Shown here: positions 24,029-35,020 of the stretch, piece by piece
Layout: each line of letters starts with the position of its first letter
Numbering within the stretch: position 1 is the first letter of the stretch
Assembly: GCA_027923505.1 (NCBI GenBank)
Contig: BROI01000006.1
Span: 1,116,001 to 1,180,000 of the forward strand
Direction of reading: 5' to 3'
DNA length: 64,000 nt
Origin: Mayamaea pseudoterrestris
Taxonomy: Eukaryota
Notes under the pieces: generated by a model
What the model saw: only the letters and a program-made list of their open reading frames with translations
Database searches by the model: none
Told to the model about the DNA's origin: nothing
Translations under genes and position numbers: made by a program

Positions 24029-25285
24029 TTACCACTGAAATGATGGCATTATATAGTCCGGCGCAAGGACCCGCCCTTTGGCGTATGTGTTTGTTCGCTG
24101 ATTAAAGACGTCGAGAACGTTGGCCGCTCCCGCTTCCAGCAGTGCATCATCGTCGGGCAAGTCGGATCCGTGAATGCCCGTCTTCAGAATCCACAACGTC
24201 GCCAGGCCAGCCGCCGATCCTCCCGTCACGTCAGTCTCCAAAGCGTCGCCAATCATGATGGTACGCGATCGCTCAACGTTTGCTCCGATGGCTGCATGGT
24301 AAACATCTAGAAATGGCTTGCCGATGCGCTTGACCAATTGTTCTACACTTGCGTCGCCGTCCGCTGCATTACCTGCACTATCGCCAGCATCGCAAGTCAC
24401 CATCCGTAGTGCCGCCTCGTACATGTCACCAAGCTTGCCTGGCATGGGAGGAAGACCAACGTCAGGTCGCACCTTGTCGGGGTTACTCACGAGCATGGGC
24501 AACTTGCGTTGGGCGGCTCGTTGTAAAACGTTCTGCATAACTTCATCGTACTGCGCTTCGTCAATGCGTTTGTCCACAAGATTACCCGAACCGTCGCTAA
24601 TGGTAAAGGTTCCTCGCGCAAGAAGCAAGGACGCTTGCTCGACGTTTGCCAGGCTCCAGCCAGCACTCTGGCAATATTCAACGTCGGCGTCGCCACTTCC
24701 TAGAATGAGGGCTGATGGAGGTGATGAATTGAGTTTTGGCGATGGTGGTAATTGTTCTTGCTTACTTTTCAATGATGTAGTTTCTGATGCAGTATTCGTT
24801 TGCATCCATGACAAGTCAGCATTTGCGTGCTGCTCCAGCAGCATTTGATGGGTCAACTCGCCCGAGGTAATGATTTGCTCAAAGTGACTTGGATCAAACC
24901 CCAACTTTTCCAATGCAAGTATCGAATCTTGCTTTCGCTTGCTGCTGTTGCTGATAATGATCAATCGCTTGTTTGGGTGCTTGTGCTTGAGTGTTTGAAG
25001 TGTATCCAAAACGCCGACGTATGGTCTGTTTCCGTCGTGTAATACACCCCACATGTCTAGTAAAAAGACGTCGTAATCATTAATAATGTCGGATATGCCC
25101 TGAATAAGCTTCATACCGGATGCTTGAGCTGTTGCTGCGTCAGATTTGGTGGATATGAGCAATGATACTCGTTGCGAGAATGCCGATTGTCGCGTAGAAA
25201 CAAAGGCTGTGGCGTGATTAGTGCGAAGAAGAAATGACAGTAAAAGCAGAAAGATGACTTGTTTGTTCAGTCTCTGTACTCCCAT
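24029..25285 (-). CDS. HAD-superfamily subfamily IIA hydrolase, probably plastid-targeted
   Basis: FLLDMWGVLHDG, ISNSS, NPD, IGKP, MIGDALETDV motifs; signal peptide plus TAF motif. Confidence 0.9.
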   Translation of the reverse strand: MGVQRLNKQVIFLLLLSFLLRTNHATAFVSTRQSAFSQRVSLLISTKSDAATAQASGMKLIQGISDIINDYDVFLLDMWGVLHDGNRPYVGVLDTLQTLKHKHPNKRLIIISNSSKRKQDSILALEKLGFDPSHFEQIITSGELTHQMLLEQHANADLSWMQTNTASETTSLKSKQEQLPPSPKLNSSPPSALILGSGDADVEYCQSAGWSLANVEQASLLLARGTFTISDGSGNLVDKRIDEAQYDEVMQNVLQRAAQRKLPMLVSNPDKVRPDVGLPPMPGKLGDMYEAALRMVTCDAGDSAGNAADGDASVEQLVKRIGKPFLDVYHAAIGANVERSRTIMIGDALETDVTGGSAAGLATLWILKTGIHGSDLPDDDALLEAGAANVLDVFNQRTNTYAKGRVLAPDYIMPSFQW

Positions 25286-25621
25286 GCTAGCAGAATTGCA
25301 AGAGTTGCCTGGCAGTCGCAGAAAATCACGTCGACGGGACCAAAGGTAACGCTAAAGTGGCTGTGACGGATGAGGGAGGGTGTGACAGTTGCGCTGCGAC
25401 AACCCTGGCTCGGCTACGCGATCCTCTTGCTCCGACTCTTCCCTACTATATACAAGTAAATGATTTGGGGCAAGAGCATCCAATAACTTGACCACTTCAC
25501 AGGTAAACAAATCATCTTCACTGGCAGTATGGATCAGGCTATTTGACACAGGCGTTGACTGATAAGTACTCGTCTTGCATGTATAAATCTGGCAAATGTA
25601 AACCCCCGAATTGAATCTAAT

Positions 25622-26722
25622 TTATCCCCCAATAAAGTCCCAGCGAATATATCGTTCCGGCTTTTCATTGGTCGTTACCGGCCCAGATGCTGATTGAAGT
25701 GGCTGCTTCTCCTGCACTGCCGGAAACCTTGCATATCGTCGCAGACCTGATGGCGAGTCGATCTCTGATGCTGGTGGTGCGTCTCCTGCGTTGGCATCGG
25801 TTCGTCCATCAGTCTCGCGAATGGGCAATCTTTGAAGTACTATCGCGTTGCTCAAGCCAATTGTTGGCGCACTGGAAGCTTGCAGCATCGACGGCCGCCC
25901 TGTTGGCGCTGGTATTTCCTGCAAGCTCGGCATGCCAGTGTCCAAATCATTGCTGCCCTCGTCGCCCATGTCAGATCGTATTTCGTTCATTGTGCTTGAA
26001 GCAGCTGTCGGCTCACTGGAAGCTTGCAAAGTTGACGGCCTCCTTGTTGGTGCAGCTATCCCCTGCAAACTCGGCACGCTCGTGTCCAAACCACTGCCCT
26101 CACCCTGCTCACCAATGTCAGTTGCAGTAGTCTCTAGCAAGACTACGTCGGTGCAACACTTGGCCGTCACTGTCGCTGATCCGCACGCTACAGCAAGACA
26201 AACTTGCCATGTTCCAAAGGTCGTCACTGTAGCTGTTGTCGTTGGGTTTGTCGCATCTTGAAACGAGACTACCTGTAGTGGCGCCGCACTGGTCCAAACG
26301 GAGGACGTCGCCAGTGGCGCATCATTGTCGTTAATGCTTCGACATTCCGCTGTTCCATTCAACGCAATTTGAATTGGTAGACTTGCTGCAGCTGCTTGCG
26401 TAACGCTGCTTCCGGCGTTGCAGTAGATTGCAGCTGGAGTCAGGGTAGCTGCCGACGCCACTGGAGGCACCGTCGCAAACACCAAGGTAGGAACCATGGA
26501 AGGAGCTGCAGTGGAGTCAAGTGCCGCTGCAGCTGCTGGAACAAGGGATGGAGCGTCCGATGGAACATCTGACCAAACAATGTCGTCCGTGGAGTCGCCA
26601 TTCCGTCGCGACTTTCTCGTTTCGTCGTCCTTGTCAACGTCGAAGACGAGCGCCAACGATAACGATTCGCTGCCGAGTAGTAAAAGCACTGCAACGACCA
26701 AACGTCGCATTATCATCGTCAT
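25622..26722 (-). CDS. Secreted Ser/Thr/Pro/Ala-rich protein with a small Cys-containing domain and an internal 48-aa duplication
   Basis: Signal peptide MTMIMRRLVVAVLLLLGSESLSLA; SDVPSDAPSLVP-type repeats; two similar segments 144 nt apart (25866-25974 and 26010-26121). Confidence 0.7.
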   Translation of the reverse strand: MTMIMRRLVVAVLLLLGSESLSLALVFDVDKDDETRKSRRNGDSTDDIVWSDVPSDAPSLVPAAAAALDSTAAPSMVPTLVFATVPPVASAATLTPAAIYCNAGSSVTQAAAASLPIQIALNGTAECRSINDNDAPLATSSVWTSAAPLQVVSFQDATNPTTTATVTTFGTWQVCLAVACGSATVTAKCCTDVVLLETTATDIGEQGEGSGLDTSVPSLQGIAAPTRRPSTLQASSEPTAASSTMNEIRSDMGDEGSNDLDTGMPSLQEIPAPTGRPSMLQASSAPTIGLSNAIVLQRLPIRETDGRTDANAGDAPPASEIDSPSGLRRYARFPAVQEKQPLQSASGPVTTNEKPERYIRWDFIGG

Positions 26723-27204
26723 GTTTTTTTGTTTGCAAATGAGATAGTGGATTACTTCGCAAACCAGCTGATTGTCAAAACCTCGCAATCCAATCATGTA
26801 TGGAGATTCAACGCGCACCTTGTCGCTCGGAAAATTGTTTCTCCAACGGCTGCCAAATCTCAAGCGTAGCATCGCATACTTGAACCACTGTGAAGCAGTA
26901 GCTCGTTGCGCATAGGCGCTTTTTAATCAGTGTCAACATTGTCAACATTCTGCATGTCATATCAAGCTCCGCTTTGCTCGAGCAGTGCTCATGTGTGCTC
27001 GTTGCATGTCGGCATCAGATTTCACGTTGGACAGGCGTCTTTAACCTAGCATCAAAAAGTGACATCGATTAATTGTAAGACGTATATCATGTTCCCAACA
27101 ACATTTGTTAATGGTTAAAGCATGAGTAAGTGAGCAAGCGAGGCGGGAACAAGCGGTCAATGGTACGTCGCCGACGATGCATGCTCGCCTTGTACTATAG
27201 TAAA

Positions 27205-27566
27205 GGAGTGCGCGTGAAAACCACGTCACAAGGCAATAGTATGAAACGAGTGCCAATGTCAATTACGTCATAAGGCTATAATACGAAACGGGTGCCAGTG
27301 AAAACTGCGTCATCAGGCATTAGTACGAAACGGGTGCCAGTGAAAACTCTGTCACAAGGCAATAGTATGAAACGAGTGCCAGTGAAAACTACGTCACGAT
27401 GTTAATCAGCGAAACGAGTGCCAGTGAAAACTGCGTCATCGGGCATTAGTACGAAACGAATGCCAGTGAAAACTACGTCACGAGGCATTATTACGAAACG
27501 AGTGCCAGTGTCAATGACGCCATTAGGCAATAGTACGAAACGAGTGCCAATGAAAACGACGTCATC
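27205..27566. repeat. Family-A 42-bp tandem array, 8 units plus 1 degenerate, forward orientation
   Basis: Unit ~ggcaatagtacgaaacgagtgccagtgaaaactacgtcacaa; tgcca every 42 bp from 27251 to 27545. Confidence 0.95.
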
Positions 27567-28607
27567 AAAGCTTAAGTAGAATATATCATTATTCAATTTT
27601 CATGCCGGTTAAGTCGCAAGGAGGACCGTGCGCGCTAGCGTCGGGGAAATGGATTTCGGCATCCAAGGCTTCACCTCACAGAGCCACAAAGCCACTATCA
27701 AAACAATATATATATGAGCTGGATTCTAGACTGAAGCTCTTATCATACCATTGTTTTTCGTCGATTCGCGCCACGGCCAGCATGAGTGATGAGTGGACGA
27801 GCGACGCAATGCAGTCGTCAGTCGTCCACCATTGTTCGATAGCCGATCATCGGCGATACAAGTACTGTACTAACGACCTTACAATGTCATTTTGTCGATG
27901 AAAGAAAAGGATTTCTATGAAATATTCCAGTTGTCGTGCAATAGTGACGCCGCGGTAGGAGTGTTTGATGCACGACGGACGGAGCAACAAGAGCATGCAC
28001 AGCATGCTCGCCTCAACAATCAACAATTCGCAACTCGAATTGGTGTTGCATATTTTACATGGATGTACGACTCACGACGAGGTACAGAGACCTATATCAC
28101 TGCTCCCTACGGGTGCCAGTTCGGTGAAGTACATGATGTCCAGGTTGACGAACCCCGTTATGTCGCTCGATTGGATGCAGTGTGGCGAGTGTCAGCGGCG
28201 CAGCGAAGCGACGAGTCAGCGATGCAGCAACTATAATTGTATTCGCGGTGCCATTTTGTTTTCATGTAACGAACGTGCCATGAACAATGCCTCGAACATT
28301 GTACAGTATTGAGGGTCATTCGTGCATCATATTCCTTGAGGACAAACACTTTCAGAGCCGTAAAGTGCGGCCATGGATCCTGCGAGTGTTACAGTAATGG
28401 ATACAGTTTATGCACAAAACATTGCAACGAAACGATTGCCGAGCGATGTCGAGGAGTGTTTGATTTAGATATTTTCTCTGTGTCTCGAGTCTCGACGGAC
28501 TCGCGGCACGTTTATGTTGGTCGCCCCAATCCGAAGAGTAAACGATACACCAAAATTGAAACGCACATAATATGTCTACATTATAGTAATGACGTCTTTT
28601 ATCTTTT

Positions 28608-31600
28608 CTATCCAACGGAAAGTTTACCGCTGTAATGCGTGCTGGCAGCAGTGGAGACTGATGTACGATTTTGGTTGTGCGGTCGAGGACCGAAGAATTC
28701 GTCATCCTGGTCTTCGGAGAGAATGGTTTGGACATTGTATGTTGCAGGCATGACGAAAGCGTTCGGTATGGTCGATTCTGGACTGTTACTAGCCTCTGCT
28801 TGATCCTGGCTCGCCGCTGCATCGTGCTCGCGTTGATGCTGAACTCTCCTAGATCGCATAAACGAACTTTTTTGCTTGTCCAACTCATATTGTTCGCGTT
28901 TTATGGCGTCTCGGACCTTCTTGGGAAGAGGCGACATGGATGTCTGCATCATGTACTTAATAAGAAGCATGATGTGCTCCCATGCAACAACGAATGCAAA
29001 GAGTGCTAGCGTTCCAATCTCTTCGCCAATTCGAGAAAGCGTGGCCGTCGTAAAACCCATGAGCCAGCAGTTTGTGAGTACGGAAATAACGGCGACAATA
29101 TGCATCAAGTGTTCCCAAATGCCAATGCCTCCCGTCTTCTCGGCCATTGGTCGGCGGCGTCCTTTGCAAAGCTTGTAAGCATCCAAACGCATTGAGATCA
29201 GGTAGTTAATCAGACATAGGAACGGTGTAATCGGCAGGACGACGCTGAAACATGAGCAAAAGGTGAATTGGACTACTGCTTGGATGTATTCAGGAAAGCT
29301 GTCGTGCATAGGCTTCATGACCTCCAACCAGACGTCATCTTGAGCGTGATCGAGCAACAGCCGCTTGTTAATTAATCGAATTTGTCGGATTTTGATGTCG
29401 TCGTCCTGTTGTCCAGAAGCAAGAAGATGATCAATCTCTTCTTCTTCAATCTCAATGGCACGCAACTCATTAATGAGGCGGTTGTTACGATGGCGCATTC
29501 TGAGATGCCTGATTAGCATTGGAAAGCAGACTTGCAGAAAGTTTTGCCACCATTGAGCGACTGTCGTATAAATTAGAATTCCCGATGCCACGCGAAGGAT
29601 GCCATTTTCGATAGCTTGCTCTGAACCAGTGGAGAGGAACGCGTAATAGTACAGTGTGGCGAAATAGCAGACAAAGCGGAAAGAGAAAACCTTGATTATG
29701 AGCCAGGTCCTGTATTCCGTCTCAGTGCGGTAATTTTCGAAATCATTTAGCATGACAGAAATCTTCATCAAGACGAGGTTGACCAGCGGTAGGAAAAGTC
29801 CAAGCAAGCTCGGCATGCCAATGATGATGAACCAAAAGGCAGGGTCTTGGAGTTGCTGCGTCGTCACCTTGGTATCGACAATTATTTTCTTCCTTCCGAT
29901 GGCTGCTCTAAAATCATTCTCAAACTGGAAGTGAGTATCGGTGGAGTTTTGAAGACTGTAGTACTTGTCGAGCTGGAGATCTCTGTTCGCGTGCACACCC
30001 AAAATGAGAAAGAGTGCACCAAACGTGAATATTAATGTCAGCGGCACAGAGATAAGATATTTGAGCCATCGCTTCCAGCGAGCATACGTGACAATCCATT
30101 CGCCAGTCACTTCGTCGCGCGCGTATTCGCCTTTAAACTGTGGCCGAGTAACTTCTTGCTGCTTGTAGTTCAGTGTGCCCCAGTGATACGCCAGTAAGTT
30201 TGCTCGCTTCTTCCAATTCACCAAGACGAGAAATGTCCAAAGCATGACAATCATTGCAAACAAGGGTCGCAATGGGTGATCCCAATTGCCGCTCGACAAC
30301 TGCAAGAAAAATTGAATTAAGCCGAAAAAGCTAAGGAACACCAAATGCGTTGCAGTGTGCTGCATCCATGCAAAGTAAAAGGCTACTTTTTCGCCAAAAT
30401 ATTGCTCGATCGAGTCAAGCGGCTGGTAGAAGCAGCCTAATATGAAACGCTTCCAAAAATGAGGCGGTTCCTTGTCGATAATGAGCTTTTCGACATCGCC
30501 GCTACTTCCTGTGTCGGAATTGGAAGACGCTGAGTTCATTGTAAAAGCCTTTTGAAGATCATGCACCTTGTCAGCCCAGTCAAACTTGGTAGAAGTATAC
30601 CAGCCACTTGGGCCTTTCCAATTTTCTTCACGCCAAAAGTACAACCAATTGTCATAGATAGCGTCCAATTTGGTTTGCATGTGAAGCGGAACACGCGCGA
30701 GAATCATCTTTCCAAGTTCCGTGTTTTGTGCAAGCTCACTGCCAGAGTCTCGAATTCGCGATCCCACAATAAAATCAATGATGGAATCTCGGATCGACGA
30801 ACGGAACGGGTATTCTCCAGTGCTGCACCCAGGAGGAATCTCCAAATTATCGTCGAGATTCTGATATAGATCCATCATGTCTTCGCGGAATGGGGCGAAC
30901 GTTCCTTCCTTTGTCCTGAGTTTGACACGCAACACTTCCGCCACGTCTAACATGCGTTCCGGTGGACAACGAATCTTAATCATGACGCGATTTGGATCAA
31001 GCGAATACACGCGACAAGTTTCCAAACCAGCAAACCGCAAGCGGCTCCAAATGGCGGTTCCAGGCGAGCGAAAACCGAGAAAGTAGTCGGAAGGAGGAGG
31101 GACGGCGCCGGGCTGCACATATCCTTCAAGGTATGTTGTATCTAGTCCTCGGCGCTTTACAATCGTCCGCTCTAACAATCCTGCTGTCTTTGGTTCGACA
31201 AAGGCGTCTGGATTCAGCACATTGTGGTCATCTTCTTGTGTCTGCACCCGCTGCTCCATCTCGAGTCGATTGTAGTGCGAACCAATGCCAGCCGCTCGCA
31301 TGGCGGCGAAGCGGCCGACAGCAGCGTCCCGATGGAGGAGAAGGAACCCACGAAAAATAAGCCAGTACTCGCCCAGGGTCGCCGTTTCAAAATCGTGGTA
31401 CCTGAACTGGGTTTCACCTCCTTCGCCAGACAACCATTTGCCTTCCGACTCGTCGATTGTGACCGATTGTCCGCGCTTGATAAGTCGCTCGTTTCTCAAC
31501 ACCAACGAAAAAGTAAATTTCGGATCATAATCGGACTTTGAGCGCCGCAGTGTCGACGTTCCCATCTCGCCATGGTCAGACCGCGGATCGTTAAACACAC

Positions 31601-33641
31601 CTGGGTGGACGACAGCGATATCCGCGGCACGAATAACTCCGGCACGCACGACATTAGCGGCTAGTTGGTGAACCCGAGTACCTACACCCTGGCGCTCTCG
31701 TGCAAGTTTTTCTCGATACTTTTGTGCGGCAACGTAATCCGGAATAGAAAACCTGTCATTATCTTCTCCGTCGATGGTGCCGCGGCTCCAAGATTGAATT
31801 TCAACATCGTACTCTCCTGCTCCTTCACCACCATACTTGACCTTGTTGTAACGAACGCGCTGCTCCTTAAAGGCATTCAATGCCTCATCATGATTGCTGA
31901 GAATCGTGAAACGGACCGTATCACCGCCATCGTCCGAGTAAAGTCGGCAAAACACTGCCTCTTGGTTAGGTCGATGCTTTCGAACGACAATGCCTCGCCT
32001 CAAGGCACCCAAAAATGGCAACATTCCATTCGTTCGAGCGGCAATGCCACGAGCGAAGCGCTGCGGAGGAATGTCTTCCATTCGAAGCTCATTAATGTCG
32101 CGCGGACTAAACGTTGGGACAGCTTCATTATCTGCCAAAGGCGTCGCCGCCGGATTGACTGTCAGTTTTGGTTTGGTGGTACCCGTGCTAGTGATGTGTG
32201 CCGCTGATGTTCCGCGCGTCAAGCTTCGAATTGGCGGAGAAATGGCACTTGGCGTGCTACTCACCAATCCTGCTCCCCAGCGACGGCGAAACGGAGTGTC
32301 TTTTTGCTGCCGATGTGCCTGGCCTGTCACTGCAAATTGGTGCAAACGTAAACTTGATCGGGCAATCTCGGCAGCCATTGGACTACCAATAGCGCGTTCA
32401 AAAACGCTCTTGCGAGCTGTGGTGATGGTAGAGACGCGTGTACTGGAGGTACTTTCCAGTCCAGGCGTCGTAAAAATGTTTTGTCGCCGAATGAAGCTGC
32501 CAGTCGCCGGGTCCGGGGTCATGGGCTGTTGCTCCGCGAAATTGCCTCGTCGGCGTCGCAACAGCGCACTAGTTGGTGTCATGGATAAATCATTCATGTC
32601 TCGTACCAATTCATTCTCATTGTTCTCAATCTTTCCATCCATTCCAATGTCCATCTCGTCGACTGCATCCAATCCCAACAATTCTTGGCGAAAATCCAGT
32701 ATTTCGGCCCAATATCCGTACACATTTTGAGGTTTCAATATCAAGCAATAGTCATAATGCTCTTGCGGAATCACTTGCAGTTGCTCCACCTTTTCCTCAT
32801 GCTTTTGCACTAGGTAGTCCAAGTCTTGCAGATTTTTGCTGCGAGGCGACAGTGATGGTCGAGCCGCTGGATGATGCGCTCCACCCAAGCGCAAGGAGGA
32901 AGTCAATGGCAGAACTTTTCTATGCGACAAAAATCGCGTCAGTATTGACGGTGACTGGTAGTTCATGGAGCTGCTAGTGCTTGCCGAGTATCTTGGGCTG
33001 CTGCGAAAATAATGTTGTCGATGCGTACTTGCATGCGTTTCATTCACCTGCCGCGAGGTTACTGAAATTGTTTCGCAAGAAGACCCAGAGACTCTTCCTT
33101 GCTCCACATCTTCATTCTCGTCGTAGAACACAATTTCCTCCTCTTCATACTGGGTCTCATTCAGCAGTAATGGCTCACCGAAAAGGTGCGACTGCGAGCT
33201 GATTTGACTGAGATGCTCATCGATTCGTTCCGAGTATGCCGCCGAGACGGACGAAAAGACGGATGACGTTGATGATCGAGTACTCGATGGTCGCGGAACG
33301 GTTGCAGCAAGGTAGCCTGGAGCCGTTGTTTGACTGTCTTTGCTGTCATCCGAGTCGTCATCCTCATTGTTCACTTCGTTGTTCCAACCAATCGTTGCTC
33401 GACAGAGAGGGCCAGAAGCTTGCCTTTGATTTTCGTACGTTGGAGTCTCGCGTACGGGATGTAATGTTGATTGATTTTGCGATCGATGCTGCTGCTGACT
33501 ATGAGATGCATTCGGAGGCGATCGAAAGAATGAAAGGTAGGTGGACCTTTGCGCGCGAAGTGATGCGGCAGTGCTAAGCTCTCCGTCGGAACTTTCGCGC
33601 GGAGTCAATGGAACAGTCTCCATTCGATCATGAGGCATCAT
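28608..33641 (-). CDS. Anoctamin/TMEM16 family protein with long N-terminal extension
   Basis: QPLDSIEQYFGEKVAFYFAW, LNDFENYRTETEY, EYIQAVVQFTF, RLDAYKL, GIGIW and EHI motifs with multiple TM segments. Confidence 0.93.
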   Translation of the reverse strand: MMPHDRMETVPLTPRESSDGELSTAASLRAQRSTYLSFFRSPPNASHSQQQHRSQNQSTLHPVRETPTYENQRQASGPLCRATIGWNNEVNNEDDDSDDSKDSQTTAPGYLAATVPRPSSTRSSTSSVFSSVSAAYSERIDEHLSQISSQSHLFGEPLLLNETQYEEEEIVFYDENEDVEQGRVSGSSCETISVTSRQVNETHASTHRQHYFRSSPRYSASTSSSMNYQSPSILTRFLSHRKVLPLTSSLRLGGAHHPAARPSLSPRSKNLQDLDYLVQKHEEKVEQLQVIPQEHYDYCLILKPQNVYGYWAEILDFRQELLGLDAVDEMDIGMDGKIENNENELVRDMNDLSMTPTSALLRRRRGNFAEQQPMTPDPATGSFIRRQNIFTTPGLESTSSTRVSTITTARKSVFERAIGSPMAAEIARSSLRLHQFAVTGQAHRQQKDTPFRRRWGAGLVSSTPSAISPPIRSLTRGTSAAHITSTGTTKPKLTVNPAATPLADNEAVPTFSPRDINELRMEDIPPQRFARGIAARTNGMLPFLGALRRGIVVRKHRPNQEAVFCRLYSDDGGDTVRFTILSNHDEALNAFKEQRVRYNKVKYGGEGAGEYDVEIQSWSRGTIDGEDNDRFSIPDYVAAQKYREKLARERQGVGTRVHQLAANVVRAGVIRAADIAVVHPGVFNDPRSDHGEMGTSTLRRSKSDYDPKFTFSLVLRNERLIKRGQSVTIDESEGKWLSGEGGETQFRYHDFETATLGEYWLIFRGFLLLHRDAAVGRFAAMRAAGIGSHYNRLEMEQRVQTQEDDHNVLNPDAFVEPKTAGLLERTIVKRRGLDTTYLEGYVQPGAVPPPSDYFLGFRSPGTAIWSRLRFAGLETCRVYSLDPNRVMIKIRCPPERMLDVAEVLRVKLRTKEGTFAPFREDMMDLYQNLDDNLEIPPGCSTGEYPFRSSIRDSIIDFIVGSRIRDSGSELAQNTELGKMILARVPLHMQTKLDAIYDNWLYFWREENWKGPSGWYTSTKFDWADKVHDLQKAFTMNSASSNSDTGSSGDVEKLIIDKEPPHFWKRFILGCFYQPLDSIEQYFGEKVAFYFAWMQHTATHLVFLSFFGLIQFFLQLSSGNWDHPLRPLFAMIVMLWTFLVLVNWKKRANLLAYHWGTLNYKQQEVTRPQFKGEYARDEVTGEWIVTYARWKRWLKYLISVPLTLIFTFGALFLILGVHANRDLQLDKYYSLQNSTDTHFQFENDFRAAIGRKKIIVDTKVTTQQLQDPAFWFIIIGMPSLLGLFLPLVNLVLMKISVMLNDFENYRTETEYRTWLIIKVFSFRFVCYFATLYYYAFLSTGSEQAIENGILRVASGILIYTTVAQWWQNFLQVCFPMLIRHLRMRHRNNRLINELRAIEIEEEEIDHLLASGQQDDDIKIRQIRLINKRLLLDHAQDDVWLEVMKPMHDSFPEYIQAVVQFTFCSCFSVVLPITPFLCLINYLISMRLDAYKLCKGRRRPMAEKTGGIGIWEHLMHIVAVISVLTNCWLMGFTTATLSRIGEEIGTLALFAFVVAWEHIMLLIKYMMQTSMSPLPKKVRDAIKREQYELDKQKSSFMRSRRVQHQREHDAAASQDQAEASNSPESTIPNAFVMPATYNVQTILSEDQDDEFFGPRPHNQNRTSVSTAASTHYSGKLSVG

Positions 33642-33861
33642 AGTAACAGCTTCGCTTACGAATTACTGCTTGGTGGACAGAGTGTAGAATATAAGGTGCA
33701 GGGCAACGAGACGCGGAGGTGCCGTCATGGTCTTGTTGCCGATGTTGGATCGGCGGCCGTTGTGCAACGTATCCTGCATGTCGCATCGTGTCAGTTCAGG
33801 TTTGAAACACTTTTGTCAGTCGCAATGGGCAATTGTATTTCGTACGTCCTTATGAGTCATC

Positions 33862-34110
33862 ACCACTATGGGTTAAGCAGTAGTGCCAAAAACTTTGACT
33901 TTCAAGCACTATGGGTTGAACAGTAGTGCCAATAACTTTGATTTTCAACTACTATGGGTTAAACAGTAGTCCTAAGAACTATGACCCGTCGGTCTTTATG
34001 ATTCATCACTATCAATAAAAGAGTAGTGCCAAAAACTTTGATTTTCAAGCACTATGGGTTAAACAGAAGTGCCAAAAACTGTGATTTTCAAAGTTTTTGG
34101 CACTATGGGT
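33862..34110. repeat. Family-B ~43-bp tandem array (~5 units) ending in an inverted pair, upstream of anoctamin
   Basis: Unit ~cagtagtgccaaaaactttgattttcaagcactatgggttaaa at 33878, 33921 and 33964, with further copies at ~34021 and ~34064; inverted pair agtgccaaaaact...agtttttggcact at 34068-34104. Confidence 0.9.
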
Positions 34111-35020
34111 CAAAGAGTACTTTAGTCGACCAACGCGTGTCGGTCGTCGAGCGTTGGATGATCGTCGACTGCATTGACCATGAAGGGACTTAAAGAGTTT
34201 GACATTGTTGTCGACAGATTACTGCAGAAGTATGTGTATGTAGCAGGGAGCAGGGAGCAGCATTAATCGACGCTGCGTCGATCGCAGCAAGCAGCAAGCA
34301 CAAGCTGCTTGGCTTCATCGTCTACCAATGAAAATTTGAATTGTCCAGATAGGAGTATACTGCTACCTGCCATTTTGCTTCTTATTTGTCGGCAGTAACT
34401 CTGTACTGCGCATAAAGTTTAAAGCACAGAAAGGGACGGTTTTGCAATTAACGACAAGAATTATGGAGACAAGAGATGGGTTTGAGATTCTTCGAAGACT
34501 CTGTCACGCGCCAAGACGTACGACGACGTTTGTTGACATCTGAAATTGTGAAATTGACTTTTGATTCTTCCTGTTGTCCTTTATGGAGTTTATGAGGATC
34601 TTGGGTAAAAGAAGAGTCGTTTATCGTTCCAGACTTTGTATGAGTCACCAAGCCAATGGGACATTCCACTTTCCATGCTCTACGCCAATTTTGGCTGTCA
34701 CGACGAGAGCTTGGCAATGGAGATGACGCAAACGTTAGCGTCAATCTCCGATGAAGAGACAGACACAGCGCTAGAAACGGATTTCAAAGGCGTCGACGAC
34801 AGAATTGGGCGTAGTTGACGGATTGGCGGCGGTTTTTATCACGCAATCACTTGCGGTTCGCCAAACCACTATCAATTATGTTAACGATACATGTAGCTAC
34901 GTAGTTTGCGACTGTAAGGTAATTAGCACTTGTATACCATACGTTCGGTGCATGCTGTACGTATGCTGACGCGTACGCACGACAAGCGACATCCATCGTC
35001 GTCGAGGTACACAGACTTCA

